Source: Hypanus sabinus (taxonomy: Eukaryota). From it: 64,000 bases of DNA. Below the pieces are notes generated by a model. That model did not search any database, was not told the DNA's origin, and saw only the letters and a list, made by a program, of their open reading frames with translations. This document shows positions 1 to 11,300 of the stretch, one piece after another. The stretch is from NCBI RefSeq assembly GCF_030144855.1, contig NC_082714.1, positions 94,550,001 through 94,614,000 on the forward strand, read 5' to 3'. Positions within the stretch are counted from its first letter, which is position 1. Each line of letters opens with the position of its first letter. A program made the translations under genes and the position numbers.

Positions 1-30
1 CGCCGAATTCTTTTCGCGGGTCTCTTTCCG

Positions 31-48
31 ATCCGGTTTGTGACGCCA
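31..48 (-). promoter_or_regulatory. Primer-binding site complementary to tRNA-Ser(CGA) of an LTR/ERV-like element
   Basis: Minus strand reads TGGCGTCACAAACCGGAT, 16/18 match to the recalled tRNA-Ser(CGA) 3' complement TGGCGTCACGAACAGGAT. It lies 4 nt after an LTR-like ...CGACA end. Confidence 0.65.
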
Positions 49-52
49 ATTT

Positions 53-523
53 TGTCGTGGTTACTTGAAATGACCAGGAGACGCAGACAATCCTTCGAGA
101 AGTTTAAACCTTTATTTGCAAACAAAGGCTGAGGCAATCAATGGACTTGTCACCGAAAGCCCGCCGAGCTCCGGTGTACAGCATTCTTTATAGTAATTTC
201 TTATCTCAGTTACATTTCGGTTTTATCAGCATACCCAATCAATTTTTAGTTACATATCATCTATACATTAACTAATTAAAGGCTCTTGCCTAGCTCTCGG
301 TGCGCCACCAGTATTTCTTTCCAGTTCACATCTTGGGCGTCATTCCTGGTCACGGTTGTTTCTCAGTCAACCTCCCTTAACCTCCCTCACATTACAGTTT
401 CTGTTCATACCATCCTGTCTGCCACCGTTATCTCTTCAGAAGCCATTCTATTGTATAATATCTGGAGTACATTTCAGCTAATTAGTGCTGCTAAGGCTAA
501 ACAGATGTTCTTTAACTGCCACA
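53..523 (-). mobile_element. 5' LTR of an ERV-like/LTR element whose body lies left of the window
   Basis: Ends in CA next to the PBS. Minus-strand AATAAA at about 111-116 and TATAAA at about 188-193 are in U3-R-U5 order. Upper boundary (TGTGGCAG at 523) is uncertain. Confidence 0.5.
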
Positions 524-1064
524 ATTTGTAACTAAGAGAATACAAGGTATCTATTAAATCAATACATAGCAAAATGTGTCTAGTAAAATAATACATAGTA
601 ATATTCAGTACATAGGAATGATTACATAGTATAGTAATAGCTAGTACAAAGTGATTATATTTCAGGTATATATAGTGATTATTTCAGGTATATTTCTCAA
701 TATGATCCTGGATTAGCCATAATGGAATGGGTGAGCAGACTCGATGGGCTGAGTGACCTAATTCTGCTCCTACGTCTTCTGGTCTTATGGTACTTTATAG
801 ATTTTAATGTTGCACGACCGGTTAGTGATTTTAAAGCTGATTCTGATTCTAATTATCCACCCGACTTTTTCTCCCTCTTTTGATTCATAGACGGATATCC
901 AGAACTTTCAGAAATATATATATATAAATCATATGCATGGTATTTATAATTCATATGATATCTCCTACCATGCGTACTATCATTATGAATATATCGTTAA
1001 AATCGGAAATTATGGGATAGAGATGTTAGAACATTTAAAAACGAATGTTTCTTTTCTCTTACAG

Positions 1065-1181
1065 ATCCCCCTTCCCTCAATATTTGCCTTTTACTGTATT
1101 ATGCCGGCTTCCCTGTGGCAATTGTAATTCTGTTCATGGTTATATTCGCCGTCGGACGCAGCTGCAAGAACCGACAGTCAG
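1065..1181 (+). CDS. Transmembrane exon of an unidentified type I membrane (probably IgSF) receptor
   Basis: Polypyrimidine tract plus ACAG acceptor, 117-nt phase 1-1 exon, CAG|GT donor. Translates (D)PPSLNICLLLYYAGFPVAIVILFMVIFAVGRSCKNRQS(G): about 24 hydrophobic residues followed by a basic stop-transfer segment. Confidence 0.8.
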
Positions 1182-1292
1182 GTGCCTAATTCGTTCTAAC
1201 TCCCCATGACATTTTTGTTCTTGTTTTCCATTTCTGGGTTCGTTCAGTTCCATATTTTAAGACAACGTTTATCTTAAATCTTTGTATTTCAG

Positions 1293-1324
1293 GCAGGAAG
1301 AGCGGTCGGATGAACTTTGCAGAA
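1293..1324 (+). CDS. Short cytoplasmic exon of the same receptor
   Basis: TTTGTATTTCAG acceptor, phase 1 compatible with the TM exon, reads (G)RKSGRMNFAE. Donor GTGAGA at 1325 is phase 0; an alternative phase-0 donor GTACGA at 1352 adds VRTRAAGND. Confidence 0.65.
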
Positions 1325-2019
1325 GTGAGAACTCGGGCGGCAGGAAATGATGTACGAATACTTTATTTTTGCTTTGGTTTACTTAGAAAATTGAATAGCA
1401 TAGTGCAGCACAACAGCTGGCACTTATTCGCATAATGTTTCTCCGAGGTAATGGAGATGTTGTTTATATACCTATTAAACCAATTGGTTCCCCGCACCTT
1501 CCACCATTCTCTGAACGTCCCCGTGCCTGTTTAAGCTTATTTCAAGGGGCTTCACAAGGTTACTAAATGGGACATCGCAAACCTTTTCTTAGCACATCGA
1601 CATGCCGGTATAGCAATTACAAGGACTGTGTAGCATGAAACATGCCTTTCAGCGCAGCTCATTAATGCTGGCTATGATACATCATTAGAATAATCCCCTT
1701 TGTCTGCATTTGGCCAATGTCTTTCTTTCTGTCCATGTGCCCGTCCAACTGACTTCTGAATGTTGTAATTGTGCTTGCCTCCACAAGATCATATGGCAAT
1801 TCATATGATGCAGGGTGCCTCTCAGCTTCCACCGCTTCAGGAAAGCATTATTTAGTAAATTAATGTTAACATAAGCTCTTCAGTCACTGTTATATTCTTA
1901 TGAATTTATTATGTATTCTCTCCACTGAATCAAATAATTCCTATGGTACGACAGCCGAAAATGCACTCATATTGCCATTGTGTTATCACCGTCTTGTATT
2001 CAACTCTTTTCACCATATA

Positions 2020-2400
2020 TCTCTCCGATTCGGCATGTCATCCAAGAATTTGAAAAACTTTTATAGATGCAAGCGGGAGAATATTCTGAAAGGTTGCATC
2101 AGGAGTGGTCTGGAAACACCAATTCCCTTGAACAGAGAAGTCGAGAAAAAAAGAGACTCCACTCCATTACAATTAGGGCCCTCGCCCCCATTAAACACAT
2201 CACATGGAGCGCTTTCGCAGGAAGGCAGCATCCATTATTAAGGACCTCGATCAACCAGGCCGTACATTGTTCTTGCTGCTGTCATTAGAAGGAGGTACAG
2301 GAGTTTCAGGTCCCACACCCCAAGGTTCATGAACAGTTATTACACCTCAACATTAGGCTCCTGGATCACAACACTGAACAGATCCAGAACTTATGGACTC
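2020..2400 (+). mobile_element. Rex1/Babar-type LINE 3' fragment
   Basis: Degenerate RT C-terminal sequence (FGMS..L..FYRC..E.IL.GCI..W) and 3' region shared with copies at 6590-7480 and 55330-55920. Confidence 0.65.
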
Positions 2401-2438
2401 ACTTTCCAGGACACAACAAATCAATATACCAACAACAT

Positions 2439-2439
<1 letters not shown>

Positions 2440-2482
<43 letters not shown>
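2440..2482. repeat. (ATCT)n microsatellite
   Basis: About 10 perfect ATCT units. Confidence 0.95.
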
Positions 2483-4576
2483 TTATGTTGATTTATTTAT
2501 TTATCTTTAAGTATGGGAAAATTTGTTGTGTTTCGCTCATTTTGTGTGCAGTTTTAGATTGATTCCATCATATTTCTTATATTTACTGCGAACTCCTGGA
2601 TGAAAATTAACCTCAGGGTCGTGTAATGTGACATACTAAAATACTTTAGCATGAAAATTTTATTTGGAACTCTCTTGACAACTTTGATAATTTGATAATT
2701 TTTGTTTGTGATCCCATGTCTCTTTACTTTACAACACATTCCGGGCCGTGTCGTTTACTCTGTAAATCCTGCCATGCTTGAATTTTTCCAGAGAATGGAA
2801 ATAGATGCGTTCTAGACACAATCATTGTGAACACTACCCACCGAGAAAGCCTGCTTTATATTAAAAAAAAACTCCCTTCTCGAAAGTGGTATGTGGCTGC
2901 TAAAACAAAAGCATCACTCTATTATAAATGCCCGCTCCCAGGTATTTAATCCAGTCAGCCATTCTAATTTGACTCCGCCTCCTGTGTTTATGTCCCCCAA
3001 CACTACAGTACTTCAGCCAACTTTTTATGAAGATCTTACATTGTAAATACATGCTGGTATGAATGTATTTTGCACCTTTTATTCAATGTCTGCATAATCA
3101 TTGAATGTTGTCAGCTTTCGTTGCTGTCGCACAACACAATACAGCAAATTCCTAATGCATATAATTGTAGATGGCGAATGGAATTGAGCCTTGATCATTT
3201 CAAAATGCATCACTTCACACTTTTCTTATTTAAGTTTCACCTGCCATTCCTCTGCCCACTTTTCCAGTTGTTCTTGATCTTATCGCAGCCCTAGGTAAAC
3301 TTTTTCACCAGCTGCAACACTACCAATTTTAACGTCATTCATCTATTTACTATATTTTTCGGATTTTTGTGCCGCCTACGTTCTCATACAAATCATACAA
3401 ATCTGAAGGGTTTCGGCCCGAAACGTCGTCACTACCTCCTCGCATTGATGCTGTCTGGCCTGCTGAGTTCTGCCAGCATTTTGTGTTTTTATTAAGATAC
3501 ATTTCGGAGTTGTTCAAAAAAAGAGCGCAGAAATGATGAAGTAGCTATTATTGTCTATTCAGAATTATGATGCCGGTGCAGAAGACTTGTTCCTAAAATG
3601 TTGAGTGTGTGTCGTTTGGCTGCTGTAACTCCTTCTTGATTGTTCCAGGTGATGGGGTCATTAATGGTTACAACTTCAAATCATCCCTTTAATGTTCTGG
3701 CCTCATCTTTGCAGTTATTTTTGTATTTAATATGACCGTGTCTACTCTTTGCTCCAATACCCTCATGAGACCGACAAAATCCATTCTACAGTACATTCAT
3801 CAGTTATTTGCTTACTTACATTTTGCACTGATACACAGGGAGAACCAGATGGTTGCGTCCCTCGGAGCTCCCCAGTCTGTGATCCCTTTTCTCAGTTACT
3901 TCGTTTTTATATTCTTTACCGGAATGGCCAATATTCTATTTACCCGCGCCATAATTTATTTTTCAATTATTTATCCACTTTCTTAAACTACCTTTAAAAG
4001 CATTGACCTCGTTATGGTCCCCACAGAGCATATTTTTGTAGCGGTCCCCGTGTGTTAAGTAGTTCTATCCAGGTCATTTATGTTCATTGTAACAGGAGCT
4101 GTTTCAACACAAATCCCGGGGCACCATAGCTGTTTTATCATTTTGTTAACAACATCCAAAGTGTGTCTCCTTCCTAGTATCCATAACTTCATTGTCTCTT
4201 ATCTAAAACACCATGACCATCATCCCCTACGAATACCAGGAGATCCCTTTAGATCACATATGAGAATGAATTTCTTTAGTCAGATAGTGGAGTTTGATAT
4301 ATTCTTGATTAGAAAGGGTGAAAGGTAACGGGGAGAAGGCAGGAGAATATGGTATGTGAGAAAATACATTAGCCAAGATGCACTGGCGTAGAATACTTCA
4401 AAGGGTAGAATGGCTTAATTCAGCTCTTATGTTCTAAGTCGATTCCGAGCATTCCTTTTGAAATAATTTCATCACTTAAGCGATTCAGGATTTAGTAGGA
4501 CCATGAAAAAAAGTTGATGGGAAGCACAGCCTCTTTCTGTCCCTTGACGTTCTAATGCCCTCCGTTTCCCTTGCAG

Positions 4577-4669
4577 ACTACCTACGCTACTTTGGCTTTT
4601 AATGATGACACGAGAGCGAGGGGGCAAAGGGAAGGGAGGATATCGCTACCCCGATATTCTCTGCAGTAG
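4577..4669 (+). CDS. Terminal cytoplasmic exon with ITSM/ITIM-like and YxxQ motifs
   Basis: TCCGTTTCCCTTGCAG acceptor, phase 0. Reads TTYATLAFNDDTRARGQREGRISLPRYSLQ* (TAG 4667-4669). Linkage to the upstream exons is inferred from phase compatibility. Confidence 0.6.
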   Translation, partial: TTYATLAFNDDTRARGQREGRISLPRYSLQ

Positions 4670-6589
4670 AAGGTCTGCATTCGAATATGGTTGTCAGTGA
4701 CAGTTCTAACCCAGCGGTGCTAATTTCCTGCGGTTTTCCGGGAGCTATGGCCCAGTAGCTGGCCATTTTCTACAGATGAGATGTATTTCTTTCCTGGTAT
4801 CTGCGCAATTCAGCGAGTTAAACAATGCTAAGCGATTTCTTACGTGCCCAATTGAGAAACTACCAGCCCTTCTGAATATGACAGCAAACAGGAGCATCAA
4901 CTCGTGACATCTTTGAAACAATTTCCCCTACAATTCTGCACACCACGTTCCAAGCGGAATATTCAATTCTATTGTACAGACATGGGTTGTTATGGCTTGC
5001 TGTTTTATATCCTCATTTAACACTTTTGGTTTATGGAGTTTTGGTTTTCATAAACTTATACGTTCAATTTCACTTTATATCTATGTATGGAAATACGGCT
5101 TTTATGAAATTCAAGAATGTTAAGACTACACCAGTTACAAAGTAAATTAAATCAGATTGGACAACTGGAGCGTTGTATATTTTCAACTAGTGGCAGGAAA
5201 GGAATCTGAGATCTGACCCACAACCACGCGCACAGCAGAGGTGACTACTCAAAGGGGTGATGACCTTGGTAAGAGACCGCATATTAACAAGCCAAAAGGG
5301 ACCTAAAAACAGATAAATTAGAAACAAAGCACAGCAGGCAACAAAGTATACTTTAACCAGGCAGAGTAAAAACTAGGAGCTAGTTTGATGAGTGAACAAG
5401 GGCATTGAATAGGAACTGGGGTTAAATAGGCAGTGGATGAGGAGTCTGGAAAGACCTGCAGGTGAATGCAATTAGCTGGATGGCGATTGGAAGGTGCCTG
5501 CATGTTCAGACTGAAAGGCGGTTTGCTAATTGCATGCTATATCCAGCTGCAAGCCTCTCAGGTCAAAGATGTGCGGGTAAGAATCTGACAAATGATTCAA
5601 GTGTCTCGCCTGAACCTGATTACGTCCAACGTTCACCGGTATTTAATGTCCTGTAAACGTGCTTTCCCAGTCCAAAGTTTGCACTGCTTTTCTAATATGC
5701 ATTCTTTTAGCGTAAAGTTCCCGTAATGCAGATATGGACAGATGGGTGTTTTCAGTGAAATTTTCTAAACAATTGTATAAAACCGCATAACTTCAATCGA
5801 CAAGGACAATTAAAACTGACATGCTAGCATCAAGAGTTGCCCAAGAACCTGAAGACACATACAACTTTCAATTAAAAGCTTCTTCTCTGCCATTTTATTC
5901 CTATATGGACAAGAATCCCATAACACCACCTCAGTATTTTACTTATTTCTTAATACTACTTCAGGATTTTCCTTCTGTTGGAACTAACGATTCAATTCAA
6001 CTTTACATACTTTACGATTTTATTGCAATTTATAGATTTTATTTTTATGCATTGGAATTTAATGCAACAAATTTCAAGACATATATCAGTTGTATTATGA
6101 GTTTAAGTCAAGGCCACCTCAAATCCTCCCACGTTGCTTGAATTAACGAAGAGAACTCTGAGGTGGGGTTTGGTGGGGAGCCCAAAACGGAGAACAGGGA
6201 AGAGGTGCGTGAGTGGTAAGGCGGAGAATGGTCGAAGGGTCAGAAACCGGTTGAAGCAGTCACAATGAAATGATTCACGGCATTGCTTTTCAAATAAAAT
6301 ATTTTGTAGGGGTCTTACTTTGCTTAAGAAAGCACAACATACTACTGACGCAATGAAAACAAGTAAGGCAAAACGCAGAAAAAATACAGTTTGATTGTCG
6401 TCAGTAGGCACACTGTTACAGATCTAAAAATAGCTAATAGGAACATTATTATCCATTTATTATTTTGATCCGTATAAACTGAAAACCTGTACACATATGT
6501 ACAAATGACACAGATGTCAGGAAGCTGTTCATCGTTAGTAGCTCAGTATTTATCAAAATTCTGATTGATAAGTTACAGAACCTGGATCT

Positions 6590-7480
6590 CTATACCTCCC
6601 TTTGAATTTCGATCCTCGACTTCTTAACCAGAAGATTATAATCTGTGCGGATTGGTGATAATATCTCCTCCTCGCTGACGATTAACACCGGTGCACCTCA
6701 GGGGTGTAAGCTTAGCTCACTGTTCTACTATCTCCAAACCCATGGCAGTCTGGCTATGCATATCTCAGCTGCCATCTATAAATTCGCTAATTATGCAACC
6801 ATTGTTGTTAGAATGTCTGTTGGAAACCAGAGGCGTACAGAAGTGAGATATACCAGCTAGTGGAGTGGTGATGCAGCAACAACCTTGCACTCTACGTCAG
6901 TAAGACTAAAGAGCGATTGTGGACTTCAGAGAGTGTAAGACAAAGGAACACATTCCAATCCTCATAGAGGGTCAAAAGTAAAATAAGTAAGCAGTTTTAA
7001 GTCATGGGTGTCAAGATCTCTGAGGAACTAACCTGGTCCCAAAATATCAATGGAATAATAAAGAAGGCAAAACAGCGACTGTACTTCATTCGAAGTTTAA
7101 AGAGAGTTAGTATGTCAACAAAAGCACTCAAACACTTCTATAAATACTCTGCAGAGAACATTCTGATAGGCTGCATCGATGCCTGGTACGCGTCGTGGGC
7201 GGGGGGAGGGGGGATGCGGAGATGTTACTGCACAGGACCGAAAGAAGCTGCACAGGGTTGTAAATTTAGTTGAATCTATCTTGAGCACAAGTCCTACAAA
7301 CTAGGGAGGACATAATCAAGGAGCGGTGTCTCAGAAAGGCAACGTTCATTATTAAGGACACCCAGCACACAATACATACCATTAGATAAGAGATGCAGAA
7401 GCCTGAAGGCACACACTCAGTGATTCACGAACACGGTCTTCCCTTCTGCCATCCATTCTGAAATGGACATTAAACCCATG
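6590..7480 (+). mobile_element. Rex1/Babar-type LINE fragment (RT)
   Basis: ORF-track peptides NTGAPQGCKLS, KFANYATIV (decayed KFADD) and IIKKAKQRLYFIRSLK, broken by stops and frameshifts. Confidence 0.75.
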
Positions 7481-7902
7481 AACACGACCTCACATTTTCA
7501 ATATATATTATTAAAGCGTGGATCAGTACTTGAAGCTACGATGTTGTCTTACAGAGTCTTGGATGGCTCAGGGGCAGGACTGCTGGGTTTCAGATGTTTC
7601 AGAAAGGACAAAAAGGGAGGCAAAAGAGGTGGGGGCGTGGCACCGTTGAAAAAAGAGGTGAGGACGTGGCACCGTAGGAAAAAATGCCAACTAGCATTTA
7701 CCCTAGCTACATCCCGCCGATGTGGCGTTGTAGGGGACATGAAGACAGACGAGTAATGCTGCTATAAGTATGAAAAAAAACGTTTAAAAATCGAAAGGCA
7801 GGCGGCATGAGAATAGAAAGGCACCGAGAGCCAATACTCCTTCACTGTGCAAGGATTTGATCGTGGATACACTTGTTCTCAGAATCTAGATTGAAACACA
7901 TT

Positions 7903-7906
<4 letters not shown>

Positions 7907-7957
<51 letters not shown>
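7907..7957. repeat. (AG)n microsatellite
   Basis: About 25 perfect AG units. Confidence 0.95.
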
Positions 7958-7961
<4 letters not shown>

Positions 7962-8345
7962 ATTTATAATTCAGAGTTAATACAGGTAATTTGGTGATAA
8001 ACACCTTTCCCTCTTCCTTCACTCACCTCTTCGCTAAAATGTTTCCACAACCAATGGACTCACATTGGAGGACTCTACAATTCAAATTCGCAAAGATACT
8101 TATTGATCTATCTGTCTAGCTGTCTATTTATGTACGGATTAATCTATCAACTTAATCATCGATTTATCTCTTTAGTTACTCGATATTTACATTTATGAAT
8201 TTATCTATTTATTCATTGATAATGTATGTATACATTCATATGCTTGTTTGCTTGCTCGCATTTGCACAGTTTGTATTTACTTTGGTTGCTTGCCAAGCTT
8301 TCTGTGGAGTTTTCCGTTGATTCCGTTGTATCTTTTCATTTTTCG

Positions 8346-11300
8346 ACCATAAGAGCTAAGCTGTAGAGGCAAAATAGGGCTATTAAGCCTATCAAGTGTG
8401 CAGCGCCATTTAATCGTGTGTAATTTATTTCCTTTCTCTGTCCTGCTTTATTCCTGTATCTCGATGCCTACACCAAGCAAGAGCCTGTCAATCTGTCAGT
8501 TTTAAGTATAGTTAGAAAAATAGAAACATAGGAACATAGGAAAACTACAGCACAATACAGGCCATTCGGCCTACAAGGTTGTGCCCAAACTGACCTTAAC
8601 CTATAAATTACTAGGCTGACCTATAGCCCTCTATTATTCTCAGCTCGATGTCCCTATCCAAAAGTCTCTCAGAAACCTTACCATATCTGCTTCCACCACC
8701 TTTGACGGAGTCCATTCCACGCACTCACCATTCTCTGAGTAAAAAGACCTACCCCGACATCTCATCTGTACCTTCTCCCCAGCACCTTAAACCTGTGACC
8801 TCTTGTGTCAACCATTTCAGCCCTGGGGAAAAGCCTCTGACTATCCACACGATTAATGCCTATCATCATCTTATACACCTCTATCAGGTCACCTCTCATC
8901 CTCCGTCGCTCCAAGGAGAAAAGGCTGAGTTCACTCTACCTATTCTCATAAGGCATGCTCCCCAATTCAGGCAACATCCTTGTAAATCTCCTCTGCACCC
9001 TTTTTCCTGTGGTGAGGCGACGCAAATTGAGCACAGTACTACGAGTGGGGTCTAACCTGGTCCTATATAGCTGCAAACATTACCTCTCGGTTCCTAAATT
9101 CAGTCCCACGATTGTCGAAGGCCAATACGCCATACGCCTTCTTAACCATTAAGTCAGCCTGTGCAGCTCCTTTGAGCGTCCTATGGACGCGGACCCCTCT
9201 GATCCTCCACACTGCCAAGAGTCTTACCATTGATACTATATTCTGCCATCATATTTGACCTCCCAAAATAAACTACTTCAGACTTTTCTGGGTGGAACTC
9301 CATCTGCCTCTTCTCAGCCCAGTACTGTTTTCAATCAATGTCCTGCTGTAATCTTTGACAGACTTCCACTATCCACAACACCTACAACCTTTGTTTCATC
9401 AGCAAACTCACTAACCCATCCCTCCACTTCCTCATCCAGGTCATTTATAAAAATCACGAAGAGTAATGGTCCCAGAAGAGGTCCCGGAGGCACACCACTG
9501 GGACAGGACCCGTTTGCAACCAATCTTCGGCTTCTGTGGGCAAGCCAGTTCTCGATCCACAAAGCAATGTCCCGTTGGAATTCCATACCCCCTTAGTTTA
9601 TCAATAAGCCGTTCCATGGGATACCTTATCAAGTGCCTTGCTTTAATCCATATACACTACGTCTACTGCCCTTTCTTCATCAATACGTTTAGTCATATTC
9701 TCCAAAAAAAAATCCATCGGGCTCGTAAAGCACGACCTGCCCTTGACAAAACCGTGTTGACTATTCCTAATCAGATTATACCTCTTCAAACGTTCATAAA
9801 TCCTGCATCTCAGGATCTTCTCCGTCAACTTACCAACCACTGAGTTAAGTCTCCCTGGTCTATCTCTACTCCCTCTCTTTAATAAAGGAACAACATTCGC
9901 AATCCTGCAATCCTCTGGAACCTCTCCTGTCCCCATTGACGATGCTAAGATCATCGCCAGAGACTCAGCAATCTCCTCCCTCGCCTCCCACAGTAACCTG
10001 GGGTACATCTCATCCGGGCCGGACGACTATCTAACTTGATGCTTTCCAAAAGCTTCACCTCATCCTCTTTCTTAATATGTACCTGCTCATGTTTTCCAAA
10101 TGCTGGAATTCGCCATTATTATCATCAAGAGCCTTTTTCATAGTGAATACTGAATTAAAGTATTCATGAAGTACCACTGCTATTTCCTCCGGTTCCATAC
10201 ACACTTTCCCACTGTAACATTTGGTAGGTTCTATTCTTTCATGTCTTATCCTCCTGCTCTTCACGTACTTGTAGAATGCCTTGGGGTTTTCCGTAATCCT
10301 GCCCGCCAAGGCCTTCTGACGGGCCCTTCTGGCTCTCCTAATTTCCTTCTTTAGCTCCTTCTTGTTAGCTGTATAAACTTCTAGATCAGTAAAATTACAT
10401 AGCTCTCTAAAACCTTCTGTAAGTTTTTCTTTTCTTCTTGACCAGATGTGTTACAGCCTTTGTACACCACGGTCCCTGCAGCCTACCACAATTTGTCTGT
10501 CTTATTTGACGTACCTATGCAGAACTTCACACAAATATCCTCTGAACATTTGCCACATTTCTTCCGTACTTTTCCTTGAAAACGTTTGTTTCCAATTTAA
10601 GCTTCCAAATTCCTGCCTGATAGCCTCATAGCTCCAATTACTCCAATTAAACGCTTTTCTAACTTGTCTGCTCCTATATCTCTCCAATGCTATGGTAAAG
10701 GAGATAAAATTATGATCACTATCTCCAAAATGCTCTCCGACTGAGAGATTTCTCACCTGACCAGTTTCGTTTCCCAATCCCAGATCAAATGCAACCTCCC
10801 CTCTTGTAGGCTTTTCTACCGATTGTGTCAAGAAACCTTCCTGAACACATAACTAACTCCACCCCATCTAAACCCTTTGCTCTAGAAAGATGCAAATCCT
10901 TTTGGGAAATTAAAATCTCCCGTCACGACAACTCTGTTATTACTACACCTTTCCAGGATCTGTTTCCCTTTCTGATCCTCGATATCCCTGTTACTATTGG
11001 GCGGCCTATAAAAAACACCCAGTGAAGTTACTGATACTTTCCTGTCCCTAATCTCCCCCACAGAGACTCGGCAGAAAATCCCTTCATGGCGTCCACCTCT
11101 TCTGCAGCCGGGCACTGTCTCTGATGAACAGTGCCACGCCACCTCTTTTGCCTCCCTGCCTGTCCTTTCTGAAACATCTTAAACCCGGCAGTTGAGTAAA
11201 CCGTTCCTATCCCTGAGCCATCCACGTCTCTATAATGACCACCACAACATATCTCCCAGTACCGATCCACGCTCTAAGCTCATCCGCTTTGATCACAACA

